A stretch of 39,692 nt of DNA, taken from positions 1 to 39,692 of the IMG/VR virus record IMGVR_UViG_3300017705_000879; one strand, 5' to 3'. Positions 14,321 to 24,668 of the stretch are shown here, in pieces. This stretch comes from a virus. Taxonomy: Duplodnaviria; Caudoviricetes. The notes under the pieces were generated by a model. That model was not told where the DNA came from and searched no databases. It saw nothing but the letters and a program-made list of their open reading frames with translations. Every line of letters starts with the position of its first letter. Positions within the stretch are counted from its first letter, which is position 1. The translations under genes and the position numbers were made by a program.

Positions 14321-15655
14321 ATGGCAAAGAAAACATATATTCTTGATACCAATATCTATCTAACAAACTTTAGTGCAATCTATTCATTCAAAAATAATGA
14401 TATACTCATACCATTCAAAGTCTTAGATGAAATAGATAAACATAAGAAACGACAAGACTTGGTTGGTAAAAATGCTAGGTCTATCATTAGGATCTTAGAT
14501 GGTTTGCGGGCAAAAGGTTCCCTACAGAAGGGAATTCGTCTTGGAAAAGGTTACGGAATAGTAAAAGTCTCAAACCTCGACAAAACTTCAGATTTTGTTA
14601 GAGGCTTTAATTTGGACTGGAGTGATTCTGACAATATCATTATTGGAACTACCATTGTAGAGGCGGCACTCAATTCAGGAAGGAAGCACATTCTTGTTAC
14701 GCAAGATATTAATATGCGTGTAAAATGTGACAGCCTTGGGATTCCCTGTGAGGGCTACACCACAAGTCAAGTTGTCGATAATGTACGAGAAGTTTACTCT
14801 GGTGTTACATCCCACCTCGTTGATGATCAATTAATTGATAGATTTTATGAAGGAGGAGAGGTTTTTATTGAGGAGGGAAAAGGGAAATTTTTCTCTAATC
14901 AATTTATTATGCTCGTCTCTTCATCAAATGAGAAAAAAACTGCTTTAGCTAGATTTGTTAATCATAGCACTCCTTTGAGAAGGATTATTAACGTTCGAGG
15001 TGGAGAGGCTTGGGGAGTTAAGCCTCGTAACAAGGGGCAAAATTTTGCCATTGATCTCCTACTTGATAACGATATTAAAATTGTATCTCTGGTCGGAAAA
15101 GCCGGTACTGGTAAAACTCTTTGTGCTGTTGCCGCTGGTTTGCAGCAAGTGGTTGAAGGTAAACACGGTGAATCAACATACAAACGTTTAATTGTTTCAA
15201 GACCAGTGCAGCCACTTGGCAAAGACATTGGTTTCCTCCCTGGGACAATTGATGAAAAGATGAGTCCGTGGCTTGCTCCCATTCAAGATAACCTTCGTTC
15301 GCTACTTGGCAATGATAATGTTACCATAAAAATGTATCAAGAGCAAGGAATTATTGAAATTGAAGCATTAACCTATATTCGAGGCCGGTCAATTTCCGAT
15401 TCTTTTATTATTATTGACGAGGCTCAGAACCTAACCGCAAGGGAGTTGAAAACGATTATCACCAGGGTTGGAGATAATACAAAAATTGTATTGACGGGTG
15501 ATATCGAACAGATTGATAACATCTATGTTGACGAAACCTCAAATGGCCTTACCTACGCAATTGAGAAATTCAAACCTCACGATATTTGTGGCCATGTTAC
15601 CTTAGAAAAGGGTGAGAGAAGTCAGGTAGCTACCTTGGCAGCAAAAATACTATAA
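14321..15655 (+). CDS. phoH: PhoH-family ATPase with N-terminal PIN domain (PhoH2/YlaK type)
   Basis: PIN: ILDTN, DEID, DNII, TQDINMR. Walker A GKAGTGKT; IGFLPG; RGRS; Walker B IIDEAQN; GDIEQID. Confidence 0.95.
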   Translation: MAKKTYILDTNIYLTNFSAIYSFKNNDILIPFKVLDEIDKHKKRQDLVGKNARSIIRILDGLRAKGSLQKGIRLGKGYGIVKVSNLDKTSDFVRGFNLDWSDSDNIIIGTTIVEAALNSGRKHILVTQDINMRVKCDSLGIPCEGYTTSQVVDNVREVYSGVTSHLVDDQLIDRFYEGGEVFIEEGKGKFFSNQFIMLVSSSNEKKTALARFVNHSTPLRRIINVRGGEAWGVKPRNKGQNFAIDLLLDNDIKIVSLVGKAGTGKTLCAVAAGLQQVVEGKHGESTYKRLIVSRPVQPLGKDIGFLPGTIDEKMSPWLAPIQDNLRSLLGNDNVTIKMYQEQGIIEIEALTYIRGRSISDSFIIIDEAQNLTARELKTIITRVGDNTKIVLTGDIEQIDNIYVDETSNGLTYAIEKFKPHDICGHVTLEKGERSQVATLAAKIL

Positions 15656-15660
15656 TATTC

Positions 15661-15689
15661 TTGATTCTTCTCTATATTTATGTTATTAT
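15661..15689 (+). promoter_or_regulatory. Sigma70-like promoter with extended -10
   Basis: TTGATT-17 nt-TATTAT with TGn; the spacer also contains ATATTTA. Confidence 0.55.
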
Positions 15690-15724
15690 ATTAATGTATT
15701 ATATATTATACAAAGGTTAAGTAT

Positions 15725-15952
15725 ATGAATAATCTATTACTAAAAGAAAAAGTAGAAAAAGAAAACTCTATGAAAGAATGGTTAGTTACTTATGTGGGAG
15801 AAAAGCTTTCTCCTGAAAATGAGGAGGTAACTGTTGAGATGATTGTAGAAGTAATGGCAAGTGAATTTCCTGAATTTGTAATGGTGCTTGCCGAAGAAAA
15901 CTTTATTCGTGGTTATCAACAAGCAATGGTGGATCTGGAAAGTGTCAATTAG
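15725..15952 (+). CDS. Acidic hypothetical phage protein
   Basis: 75-aa ORF with AAAGG SD; first gene after the promoter. Confidence 0.7.
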   Translation: MNNLLLKEKVEKENSMKEWLVTYVGEKLSPENEEVTVEMIVEVMASEFPEFVMVLAEENFIRGYQQAMVDLESVN

Positions 15953-16631
15953 GAAATATCTGAAAACACAGATGATGGAAAGTCCATACAACAATGAATA
16001 TATAATTTTTAATGATATTGTTGTGTCGATTGTAAACCGATTCACTCGCAATATCGACTTTAAAAAAACACTGGACCTTATCCAAGATACATTGCCATTA
16101 CATTTGACATATGAAGTCGATACAATTCTTGTTGGGGATTTTGACTTTTTGAATGATCGAGAGGTTGATGCTTCGTATATGGATGGAGCAATCTACGTCA
16201 CCAACAAGCAAGAAAGTCCAATCTCTATGGTTGATGACATCATTCACGAATTTGCTCATTCTGTCGAAGTTATGGCACCAAATGAGATTTATGGTGATGG
16301 TAAACTAGAAAGAGAGTTCCTTTCAAAGAGGAGCCATCTAGCAAAAGAGCTTGAGAAGGAGGAATATAGAGTTCCTCTCGAAATCATCTTTAACCCAGAA
16401 TTTGATGAAAACTTCGATATGTTCTTGTATAAAAAGGTAGGATATGATAAACTATCCATTATGACAGTCGGTATTTTTGTTTCCCCATATGGGGCAACTT
16501 CCTTAAAAGAATATTTTGCCAATGGGTTTGAACATTTTTATATGGGGGAACGAGAATATATCAGGGACATTTGCCCAATACTTTATAGTAAATTAGAAAT
16601 GTTAGACAATTATTCTGAGGAGGAATTTTAA
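15942..16631 (+). CDS. HExxH zinc metallopeptidase (lethal-factor/MtfA-like)
   Basis: IIHEFAHSV and a distal EYFA third ligand preceded by YGAT; start probably GTG 15942. Confidence 0.7.
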   Translation: MSIRKYLKTQMMESPYNNEYIIFNDIVVSIVNRFTRNIDFKKTLDLIQDTLPLHLTYEVDTILVGDFDFLNDREVDASYMDGAIYVTNKQESPISMVDDIIHEFAHSVEVMAPNEIYGDGKLEREFLSKRSHLAKELEKEEYRVPLEIIFNPEFDENFDMFLYKKVGYDKLSIMTVGIFVSPYGATSLKEYFANGFEHFYMGEREYIRDICPILYSKLEMLDNYSEEEF

Positions 16632-16634
16632 AAA

Positions 16635-17030
16635 ATGTTAGATCAAAGTTTAATTTCGGACGTTAAAGTGACAAAGGATACAGGTGCAAATACTGTCACT
16701 GTGTCATTTACTATGCCTCCACATCAAAGAGGTGCCAAAATCATCCGAATTGATAACAAAACAATCTTAGATTTCGTAAAAAATGAACAAAAACTCCCAG
16801 TAACACAAATTTTGAATGGATGTACAATCAATAATGACTATTCTGGCCGTTCAAGCGATTATGTTGCAAAGGGAACCTGGGTTCTTGAGCTAGAAGCCAA
16901 GCAGAAACCAGTTCCACTACAAACCAATACTAGGAAAAAATCTTCAAAGAAGCACCGATCTATGCACTCTACCCCCACAATGGAAAAAACTCTTAATGAG
17001 GAAGTGGAAAATGAGCAAGAAGAATCCTGA
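16635..17030 (+). CDS. Hypothetical protein
   Basis: 131 aa; GGAGGA SD. Confidence 0.7.
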   Translation: MLDQSLISDVKVTKDTGANTVTVSFTMPPHQRGAKIIRIDNKTILDFVKNEQKLPVTQILNGCTINNDYSGRSSDYVAKGTWVLELEAKQKPVPLQTNTRKKSSKKHRSMHSTPTMEKTLNEEVENEQEES

Positions 17031-17799
17031 TTATATTTCATTCTCCGGTCTAAAAGATTGGAATTTTTGTCCATTCTATTACAAGCTCACCAAAATCGAT
17101 GGAATCGATGGGTTTGTTGGTAATGAATTTACGATCTTTGGTTCGGCAATCCACAGAGTTTGTGAAGAGGTTGTCCAGGGTAGTAAATCTTCACCCTCCG
17201 AGATGTTCAGTAACTTCTTTCGAGATGAAATTAAAGAATGGCAAGGTAAACACGGCGAGAATGAGCTTGATAAAAAGCTCCTTGTTGAGATGTGGGACCA
17301 AGGTAAGCAACTCGCTCCCCTAATCCTCAATGGGCTCAAGGGAACCTTTGGAAACAATTTCAAAGTCATCTCAGTTGAGGAAGAACTGTATGAGGACATA
17401 GAAAAATATAATTTAAAATACAAGGGCTTTGTCGATCTTCTTATTCAAACGCCTGATGGCAAGTATCACGTCATTGATTGGAAAAGCTGCTCCTGGGGCT
17501 GGGATATGAAAAAGAAATCAGACACGATGCTTTCATATCAACTTACTTTTTATAAAAACTTTATCGCACAGAAACACAACTTAAATCCAGAAGATATTGA
17601 AACTTATTTTGCCCTCCTCAAGAGAACTGCGAAAAAAGATAATGTGGAAATTTTTAAAATCTCTTGCGGCGAAAGAAAAATTAAAAATGCACTTAATATG
17701 TTAGAGACGGCAGTGTATAATGTTGAAAAAGGGTTCTTTGTTAAGAATCGATTAAGTTGCAGCAAATGTAAATTCTGTAAATCAGAACATTGCCCATAA
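17011..17799 (+). CDS. PD-(D/E)XK nuclease, Cas4/RecB-like, with probable Fe-S cluster
   Basis: GSAIH, VEEE, GFVDLL, IDWKS, YQLTFY. One N-terminal Cys (FCP) plus C-terminal CSKCKFCKSEHC. Confidence 0.88.
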   Translation: MSKKNPDYISFSGLKDWNFCPFYYKLTKIDGIDGFVGNEFTIFGSAIHRVCEEVVQGSKSSPSEMFSNFFRDEIKEWQGKHGENELDKKLLVEMWDQGKQLAPLILNGLKGTFGNNFKVISVEEELYEDIEKYNLKYKGFVDLLIQTPDGKYHVIDWKSCSWGWDMKKKSDTMLSYQLTFYKNFIAQKHNLNPEDIETYFALLKRTAKKDNVEIFKISCGERKIKNALNMLETAVYNVEKGFFVKNRLSCSKCKFCKSEHCP

Positions 17800-17809
17800 T
17801 GGAGTTCAA

Positions 17810-19066
17810 ATGGATAAAAAGATTACTGTTCTTACTTTAGGGGACCATCCACTGTCCCCTACTGGCGTTGGAACACAAACAAAATATATGATTGAGTCAC
17901 TTTTGAAGACTGGGAAGTTTAAGGTGATTAGTTTGGCAGGTGCCATCAAACATCAAAGTTACCAACCAATCCAGACAGAAGAGTATGGCGATCTTTGGAC
18001 TTTGTTCCCGGTGGACGGATTTGGCGACGAGGGGACAATCAGATCCCTCTTGAGAAACCACAAACCAGATATTCTTTGGTTTATGACTGATCCACGTTTC
18101 TATGGTTGGCTTTGGAATATGGCAAATGAGGTTCGTTGCCATATTCCTATGATTTATTATCACGTTTGGGACAATAAACCATACCCAACTTTCAATCGAC
18201 CCTCATATGAATCAACAGACGTGATTGCAACAATCTCAAAGGTTACGGCAGATATTGTTAAGAATGTTGCCCCCGGTGTGGAGCATCACTATGTTCCTCA
18301 TTCTGTAAACCCTAAATTCTTTAAACCTTTCGACGAGGGACAGATTAAGAATTTTAGAAAAGAATATTTTGAGGGAGAAGAGGATAAATTTATTGTTTTC
18401 TGGAATAATCGCAACGCCCGCCGTAAGCAACCAGGAACTTTGATTCATTCTTTCAAGCAATTTTTGGATCGGGTCGGCCACGACAAAGCAAAACTTCTTA
18501 TGCATACGAATCCAAAAGACGAAAATGGTCCGGATCTCGAAGCACAGATTAGTGCCCTCGGTCTTACTGATGGTCAAGTAGCATTTAGTACTGGTAAATA
18601 CCCACCAGACCAGATGGCAATTTTCTATAACCTTTGTGACTGTACAATTAACATCTCAGATGCTGAAGGCTTTGGTCTTGGTACTTTGGAATCTCTGGCT
18701 TGCAAGACCCCAATCATTGTCAATATGACTGGTGGCCTTCAAGAGCAAGTTACAGATGGAGAGAAGTTTTTTGGCGTTGGAATTGAACCAGCCGCAAAAG
18801 CAGTCATTGGGTCACAATCTGTGCCATTTATTTATGAAGATCGGGTTGCTGAGAGTGATGTAGTAGATGCTCTAGTTAAGCTCTATGAAATGACACCTGA
18901 ACAACGGAAAGAACTCGGAAATCAAGGCTATGAACACGTACAAGAGAACTATAGTTTCGAAAATTTTGAAAAACAATGGGTAGATTTAATGCTTTCTGTC
19001 CACGAAAACTATGGTTCTTGGGAGAATAGAAAGAATTACCAATCTTGGGATTTAACGGAGTTATAA
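17810..19066 (+). CDS. Glycosyltransferase family 4 (GT-B)
   Basis: PTGVGT, NRNARRKQP, EGFGLGTLESLACKTPII. Confidence 0.9.
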   Translation: MDKKITVLTLGDHPLSPTGVGTQTKYMIESLLKTGKFKVISLAGAIKHQSYQPIQTEEYGDLWTLFPVDGFGDEGTIRSLLRNHKPDILWFMTDPRFYGWLWNMANEVRCHIPMIYYHVWDNKPYPTFNRPSYESTDVIATISKVTADIVKNVAPGVEHHYVPHSVNPKFFKPFDEGQIKNFRKEYFEGEEDKFIVFWNNRNARRKQPGTLIHSFKQFLDRVGHDKAKLLMHTNPKDENGPDLEAQISALGLTDGQVAFSTGKYPPDQMAIFYNLCDCTINISDAEGFGLGTLESLACKTPIIVNMTGGLQEQVTDGEKFFGVGIEPAAKAVIGSQSVPFIYEDRVAESDVVDALVKLYEMTPEQRKELGNQGYEHVQENYSFENFEKQWVDLMLSVHENYGSWENRKNYQSWDLTEL

Positions 19067-20355
19067 TGAAAAAAAGTGTATTAGTTTCAGGTCCAGTATT
19101 ATCGTGTTCGGGGTACGGAGAGCAAGCAAGGTTTGCTCTCCGTTCTTTGAGGACAAGAGAAGATATTTTTGACATTTATGTTAACCCTCTTACTTGGGGT
19201 AAGACATCTTGGATCACAGAAAGTAATGAGGAGAGAGATTGGATTGACAATCTCATTCGGAAGACTCATCAAAGACAACAAGCGATGTCCAATGTTCCGT
19301 ATGATATTTCAATTCAGGTAACGATCCCCCCGGAGTTCAATAAACTTGCTCACGTCAACATTGGCTATACAGCAGGGATTGAAACCACAAAGGTTGCTCC
19401 GGCTTGGATCGAGAAGGCAAATATGATGGATAAGATTATTGTACCTTCAACTCATTCCAAAAACACTTTTACCTCCACTGTCTATCAGTTATTCAATCAA
19501 CAGACAGAGCAACACGTTGGAGATCTCCAGACTCGGACAGAGTTTGAGGTCATCCCATTTCCACTGAGAACATTGGAACCAGAAGATATTAGCATTGATT
19601 TTGAAACTAAGTTCAATTTCCTCACAGTTTCCCAAATAAGCCCACGTAAGAATCTAGAAACGCTTGTTAGGAACTTTGTGAAGGAGTTTAGGGAAGACGG
19701 CGACGTTGGCCTCATTGTCAAAGCAAGTATCGCAAATAACTCAATTTATGACAGGTATAACACTACCGTCGCACTGAAGAAGTTACTTGCAGCACCTGAA
19801 ATGGCAGAACGAAAGTGCAAGGTCTATCTCCTTCACGGAGACTTGTCGGAGGGACAGCTTGCAACCCTCTATCGACACCCAAAGGTTAAGGGTTACGTGA
19901 CATCTACACACGGAGAAGGCTTTGGACTTCCAATCTTTGAATCTGCTATTGCTGGTCTTCCTGTTGTTGCTACTGATTGGTCTTCGTACCTTGATTTTAT
20001 GACGATGCCAGTCAAAAATAAAAAGGGCAAAGTGAAGGACAAAAAGATGTTTTTGAAAGTCCAATGCGACATCAAACAAATTCAACAACACGCAGTTTGG
20101 GATGGCGTCCTACAGGCAGATTCAGAGTGGGCTTTCGTAAGTGAAAACTCATTGAGGGAAAAAATGAGGACTCTGCGTAAGAACCCTGGAACTTATCGTA
20201 AGAACGCAAAAATGATCCAAGAGCATATCCTTGAGAACTACAAGCCGGAAGATTTGTATGCCAAGTTTGTAAATACAATTAGCTCCGAAGAGACGATTTC
20301 TCTTGGGGAAAATACTGTCGATGATTTATTCAAGTCCCTTGAAGAAGGTGGATAA
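19066..20355 (+). CDS. Glycosyltransferase family 4 (GT-B)
   Basis: SGYG, PRKN, GEGFGLPIFESAIAGLPV; TAATG overlap. Confidence 0.9.
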   Translation: MKKSVLVSGPVLSCSGYGEQARFALRSLRTREDIFDIYVNPLTWGKTSWITESNEERDWIDNLIRKTHQRQQAMSNVPYDISIQVTIPPEFNKLAHVNIGYTAGIETTKVAPAWIEKANMMDKIIVPSTHSKNTFTSTVYQLFNQQTEQHVGDLQTRTEFEVIPFPLRTLEPEDISIDFETKFNFLTVSQISPRKNLETLVRNFVKEFREDGDVGLIVKASIANNSIYDRYNTTVALKKLLAAPEMAERKCKVYLLHGDLSEGQLATLYRHPKVKGYVTSTHGEGFGLPIFESAIAGLPVVATDWSSYLDFMTMPVKNKKGKVKDKKMFLKVQCDIKQIQQHAVWDGVLQADSEWAFVSENSLREKMRTLRKNPGTYRKNAKMIQEHILENYKPEDLYAKFVNTISSEETISLGENTVDDLFKSLEEGG

Positions 20356-21977
20356 TGATTATCTTCGTCTCGGATATGTTCGCAGACCAATATGGGGGAG
20401 GAGCCGAATTGACCACCGAGGCAATCATTGAGGCTTCTCTCCTTCCTGCCTTTAAAGTCAATTCTAAAGACCTCGATCTAAAAACAGTTAAGGCGCATAG
20501 AGATAAATTTTGGGTGTTTGGTAATTTCACCGGAGTTTCAAAAGAACTCCTTATTTATTTTGCCCAGAATATGAAGTACTCTGTCCTTGAATATGACTAT
20601 AAGTTCTGCAAACTCAGGTCTATTGAAAAACATATTGCTCATTCCGGCACTTGTGATTGTCAAATGTCTGATCACGGAAAGACAATTTCTATTTTTTTGG
20701 CAAAGGCAAGCCACCTTTGGTTTATGTCAACTGGCCAACGAGAGTTATATTGTGAAAAGTATTCATTTTTGAATAAGAAAAATTCAAAAGTTCTGAGTTC
20801 TGTTTTCAGCCCCCAGACGCTCGACAAAATTGAGTCGCTAGATTGCAACAATAAGAACGACGTGTGGCTCATTCAAAATTCTCCGTCCTGGATCAAGGGC
20901 ACCGAAGATGCAATCGCATTTGCAAAAGCAAATAACTTCAAATATGAACTGTTTGAGGATTTGACTTATGATCAGATGCTGGAAAAGTTTGCCCAATCGA
21001 AGGGCTTTTTGACTTTCCCCCGAGGACACGACACCTGTCCAAGGACTTCTATTGAGGCCAAACTGCTTGGTTGTGAAGTCATCTGCAATGAATATGTGCA
21101 GCACCGAGATGAGCCCTGGTTCACTGGGACTAACGAAGAGTCGATGGAATATTTGAGGGGAAGGACACGGCACTTCTGGGATGAAACTCTTGCTGCCCTC
21201 GATGACATTTTACCGACTAAGAACTCAAAATCGTCTGAGGACACACATTTTAAAATTGTAATTCCCGTCTACAATGCAGAAGACTGGATCGGGAGAGCAA
21301 TTCGATCCGTCAAAGATCAGGACTACCAGAACTTTCAATGCATCATCACAAATGATATTTCCACAGACTCCACCCTCCAGAAGTGCCTAGATGCAGTTGG
21401 AGGCGACCCAAGATTCAAGGTTATCGACAATACAGAGAAAAAATACGCCCTACGAAACATATACGAGTCAATCGAAGAGAGCAGTCCAAATCCAGAGGAT
21501 GTTATTGTATCTCTTGATGGTGATGATTGGTTCCCAACTCACTTCGTCCTGTCAAAGTTAAATGAAGTTTATAAAAATGAAGATTGTTTGATGACATACG
21601 GCAGTTTTGTGCAGTTTCCACACGGAACCATCGGTCGAGAAGCAAGTAGATACCCGGAAGATGTCATTAGGGATGGATCTTACAGGAAAGATAAATGGCG
21701 AGCATCTCATTTAAAAACTTTTAAAAGTGTGCTGTGGAATGAAGTTAACGTTGAGGATTTGAGGGACAATGACGGAGAGTTCTATGAGATGACTTATGAC
21801 CAGGCTATGATGCTCCCAATGTTGGAGATGTGTGGAGAAAGGGCAAAATACATTCCTCAAGTTATGTACGTCTACAATGTTTCAAACCCCAACGCAGTTA
21901 ACAAGACACGCGCCAAAAAGCAACATAATCTGATGTTAAAGATTAGAAATAAAGCACCGTACAAGAGGCAGTTTTAA
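20355..21977 (+). CDS. Bifunctional glycosyltransferase (GT-B-like N-terminus plus GT2 C-terminus)
   Basis: N-terminus GGAE, KG, DTCPRTSIEAKLLGC; C-terminus IVIPVYNAE, NDISTD, LDGDD. Confidence 0.85.
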   Translation: MIIFVSDMFADQYGGGAELTTEAIIEASLLPAFKVNSKDLDLKTVKAHRDKFWVFGNFTGVSKELLIYFAQNMKYSVLEYDYKFCKLRSIEKHIAHSGTCDCQMSDHGKTISIFLAKASHLWFMSTGQRELYCEKYSFLNKKNSKVLSSVFSPQTLDKIESLDCNNKNDVWLIQNSPSWIKGTEDAIAFAKANNFKYELFEDLTYDQMLEKFAQSKGFLTFPRGHDTCPRTSIEAKLLGCEVICNEYVQHRDEPWFTGTNEESMEYLRGRTRHFWDETLAALDDILPTKNSKSSEDTHFKIVIPVYNAEDWIGRAIRSVKDQDYQNFQCIITNDISTDSTLQKCLDAVGGDPRFKVIDNTEKKYALRNIYESIEESSPNPEDVIVSLDGDDWFPTHFVLSKLNEVYKNEDCLMTYGSFVQFPHGTIGREASRYPEDVIRDGSYRKDKWRASHLKTFKSVLWNEVNVEDLRDNDGEFYEMTYDQAMMLPMLEMCGERAKYIPQVMYVYNVSNPNAVNKTRAKKQHNLMLKIRNKAPYKRQF

Positions 21978-22873
21978 TGAAAGTACATTTTGATAATGTT
22001 AACCTTGGGAGCAGCAGTGGTCCCAATTCTTTTGCCAGTAAGCTTGTCACACAATTTAAGAAAAGGGGCGTCGGAATTACTCCCCTTTCTGAGGCAGACA
22101 TCAGCCTGTGCTTTATTGAATCTAAGAATTTTAACTTGAATAAGCCAAGAATCCAGAGACTGGATGGAATCTATTTTAATACAGATTTTGACTATAATAA
22201 ACAAAATGTCAATATCAAGAAGGTTTATGATGATTCTGATGGGGTAGTTTTTCAATCGCGTTTCAATCAGGAACTTATAACAAGATACTTCGGAGAACCA
22301 AGACGGTATCAAGTTATTCATAATGGGGCGGATATTGAAGCAATTGAAGAGGCACCTAGAATTATAAACAATAAATATGAAAATATCTGGTGTTGTGCCG
22401 CCTCTTGGCGTCCGCACAAGCGTCTAAATGAAAACATTAGATACTTCTTGGAGCATTCTGGCCATAAAGATGCATTGTTCATTGCTGGGAACGTCCCAGA
22501 GCAAGAAAAGGTTCAAGATTCTAAAATTATTTATATGGGCAATGTCGCACAGCGACACCTGTATAGTCTTTATAAGGTATCAAGATATTTTGTTCACCTG
22601 GCGTGGCTAGATCACTGCCCGAATGTTGTTGTTGATGCCCGAGCAAGTGGATGTCAAATTGTATGTTCCAGCGCTGGTGGCACAGTCGAAATCGCAGGCG
22701 AAGATGCCATTGTTATAGATGAGGAGGAGTGGGATTTCAAACCAGTAAAGTTATATGAACCTCCGCGTCTAAATTTTGAAAAAAAGCTTAATAATTCTTT
22801 ACATACAGATTATAATATGGATAGTGTTGCTGATAAGTATGAAAACTTTTTGAAATCAACCCTTAATTCATAA
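21977..22873 (+). CDS. Glycosyltransferase family 4 (GT-B)
   Basis: VIHNG, RPHKR, DHCPNVVVDARASGC, GGTVE. Confidence 0.85.
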   Translation: MKVHFDNVNLGSSSGPNSFASKLVTQFKKRGVGITPLSEADISLCFIESKNFNLNKPRIQRLDGIYFNTDFDYNKQNVNIKKVYDDSDGVVFQSRFNQELITRYFGEPRRYQVIHNGADIEAIEEAPRIINNKYENIWCCAASWRPHKRLNENIRYFLEHSGHKDALFIAGNVPEQEKVQDSKIIYMGNVAQRHLYSLYKVSRYFVHLAWLDHCPNVVVDARASGCQIVCSSAGGTVEIAGEDAIVIDEEEWDFKPVKLYEPPRLNFEKKLNNSLHTDYNMDSVADKYENFLKSTLNS

Positions 22874-22879
22874 TAAAAA

Positions 22880-23704
22880 ATGCCTGCAATAGTGAGAAAA
22901 ATATTTGAAGAATATGTCCGAGAGCGTTTCGGTCTAGAGGAATGCATCGCAGTGAACAATGGCACAAGTGCCTTAATTGCCCCACTGTGGTCTATGGATT
23001 TGAAACCGGGCGATGAAGTCATTACGACACCATTTACTTTCATTGCAACTACAAACGCCATTTTAATTGCAGGTGCAACACCTGTTTTTGTTGATATTGA
23101 CCCTGAAACTTTTCTTATTGATCCGGATAAGATCGAGGCCGCTATCACGCCGCAAACAAGGGCCATTATCCCAGTCCATCTGTATGGTAGAGTTTGTAAA
23201 ATGGATAAAATCAAGGCGATTGCAAGAAAACACTCACTTATTGTTATTGAGGATACTGCTCAAGCGTTCGGCGCAGAATACGACTCTCATAAAAAATCTC
23301 GTTACGTCAAATATGCTGGTATGGCGTCTGATTGTGGCGCGTTCTCATTTTATAAAACAAAAAATATTTCTACTTTTGAAGGCGGGATGATTTGTATCCC
23401 CCCAGGATCTAAACTCGATGCATTTAAAATTCGATCAATTTGCGATCAAGGGCAGGTCGGTAAATATAATCACGAATATGTAGGGTTTAATTTTAGACTA
23501 GCAGAGCCACTTTGCCTCTTAGCCCTGGAGCAAATGAAGCTTCATATGACCGGCGTTAAAGCAGAGCTTGGCCTAAGAGGGCCAGCCCAGGGCCATTATC
23601 CTAAAGTGGTCTACCAGCAGCCAGCATATATAAAGCGTGGAATTACTGGAAATTGCCCAATTGCTGAAGAGATTGCTGACAAGGTATTCAATAAGTGTTT
23701 TTAA
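22880..23704 (+). CDS. DegT/DnrJ/EryC1/StrS sugar aminotransferase (shortened)
   Basis: NNGTSAL, TFIAT, PVHLYG, EDTAQA, SFYKTKN (PLP lysine), EGG. Confidence 0.9.
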   Translation: MPAIVRKIFEEYVRERFGLEECIAVNNGTSALIAPLWSMDLKPGDEVITTPFTFIATTNAILIAGATPVFVDIDPETFLIDPDKIEAAITPQTRAIIPVHLYGRVCKMDKIKAIARKHSLIVIEDTAQAFGAEYDSHKKSRYVKYAGMASDCGAFSFYKTKNISTFEGGMICIPPGSKLDAFKIRSICDQGQVGKYNHEYVGFNFRLAEPLCLLALEQMKLHMTGVKAELGLRGPAQGHYPKVVYQQPAYIKRGITGNCPIAEEIADKVFNKCF

Positions 23705-23717
23705 TAGGAAAGAGGAT

Positions 23718-24668
23718 ATGAAAAAGTTTTTGGTAACAGGAGGAGCCGGATTTATAGGCTCTCACTTGTGTGAGAGGTTATTAAGTGACGGACATAATGT
23801 CATTTGTTTGGATAACTTTTATAATGGAAATTTAAATAATATTCGAGGGCTATTCAACCACCAGAACTTCTACTTTGTAGAGGGGGATATTTTAGATAAA
23901 AGTTTACTAAAGGAATTAACCAGGGATTGCGATTATATTATGCACCTCGCTGGCCAAATTCACGTTGAAAAGTCTATAATAAGACCAGCAGAAACTTTAG
24001 AAATTAACTTACAGGGAACAAAAAACTTATTAGATATCTGCACTGAGAATAAAAATATAGGTATGACCTTTGCTTCTTCGGCTGAAGTTTATGGAGAAAA
24101 ACAAGGCAAACATTCTGAAGAGTCTCCATTAAACCCTCAATCGCCATATGCAGCATCAAAAGTTGCAGCCGAGTCCCTTTGTATTTCCTATTTCCACACA
24201 TATAAAACAAATGTGAGAGTAATAAGAAACTTTAATACATTTGGTCCGCGACAAAAATCTTATGGTTATGGCTCTGTTATTGCCATTTTTGCACGAAGGG
24301 CGTTAAATAATAAGTCTTTAGTGGTGTATGGGGACGGAGAACAGACTAGAGATTATCAATATATAGACGATGCAGTTAACGGATACGTTGCTTCACTCAA
24401 GATGCCAGCGGGAGAGGTAGTAAATACTGGATATGGCCAGGACCATAAGATAATTGATATTGCTAAAAAGATCATTGAAATAGTTGGGTCTACTTCTAAG
24501 ATTGTTCATACAGATCCTAGACCAGGTGAGGTCAAGAAACTAAATTGCTCAATTGAAAAGGCTGCTTCATTTGGTCATACACCAGAATTTTCTCTTTCCG
24601 ATGGCTTAAGAAAGTACATAGATTGGCTCATTGAGTTTGAACCTGACGGCCTTGGAGATATGAAGTGA
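23718..24668 (+). CDS. NAD-dependent nucleotide-sugar epimerase/dehydratase
   Basis: GGAGFIG, SSAEVYG, YAASK, RNFNTFGP, GDGEQTRD. Confidence 0.92.
   Translation: MKKFLVTGGAGFIGSHLCERLLSDGHNVICLDNFYNGNLNNIRGLFNHQNFYFVEGDILDKSLLKELTRDCDYIMHLAGQIHVEKSIIRPAETLEINLQGTKNLLDICTENKNIGMTFASSAEVYGEKQGKHSEESPLNPQSPYAASKVAAESLCISYFHTYKTNVRVIRNFNTFGPRQKSYGYGSVIAIFARRALNNKSLVVYGDGEQTRDYQYIDDAVNGYVASLKMPAGEVVNTGYGQDHKIIDIAKKIIEIVGSTSKIVHTDPRPGEVKKLNCSIEKAASFGHTPEFSLSDGLRKYIDWLIEFEPDGLGDMK

Noticed and set aside
15656-17810. CRISPR array near the Cas4-like gene
   Set aside because: No regularly spaced direct repeats here or in any other intergenic gap.
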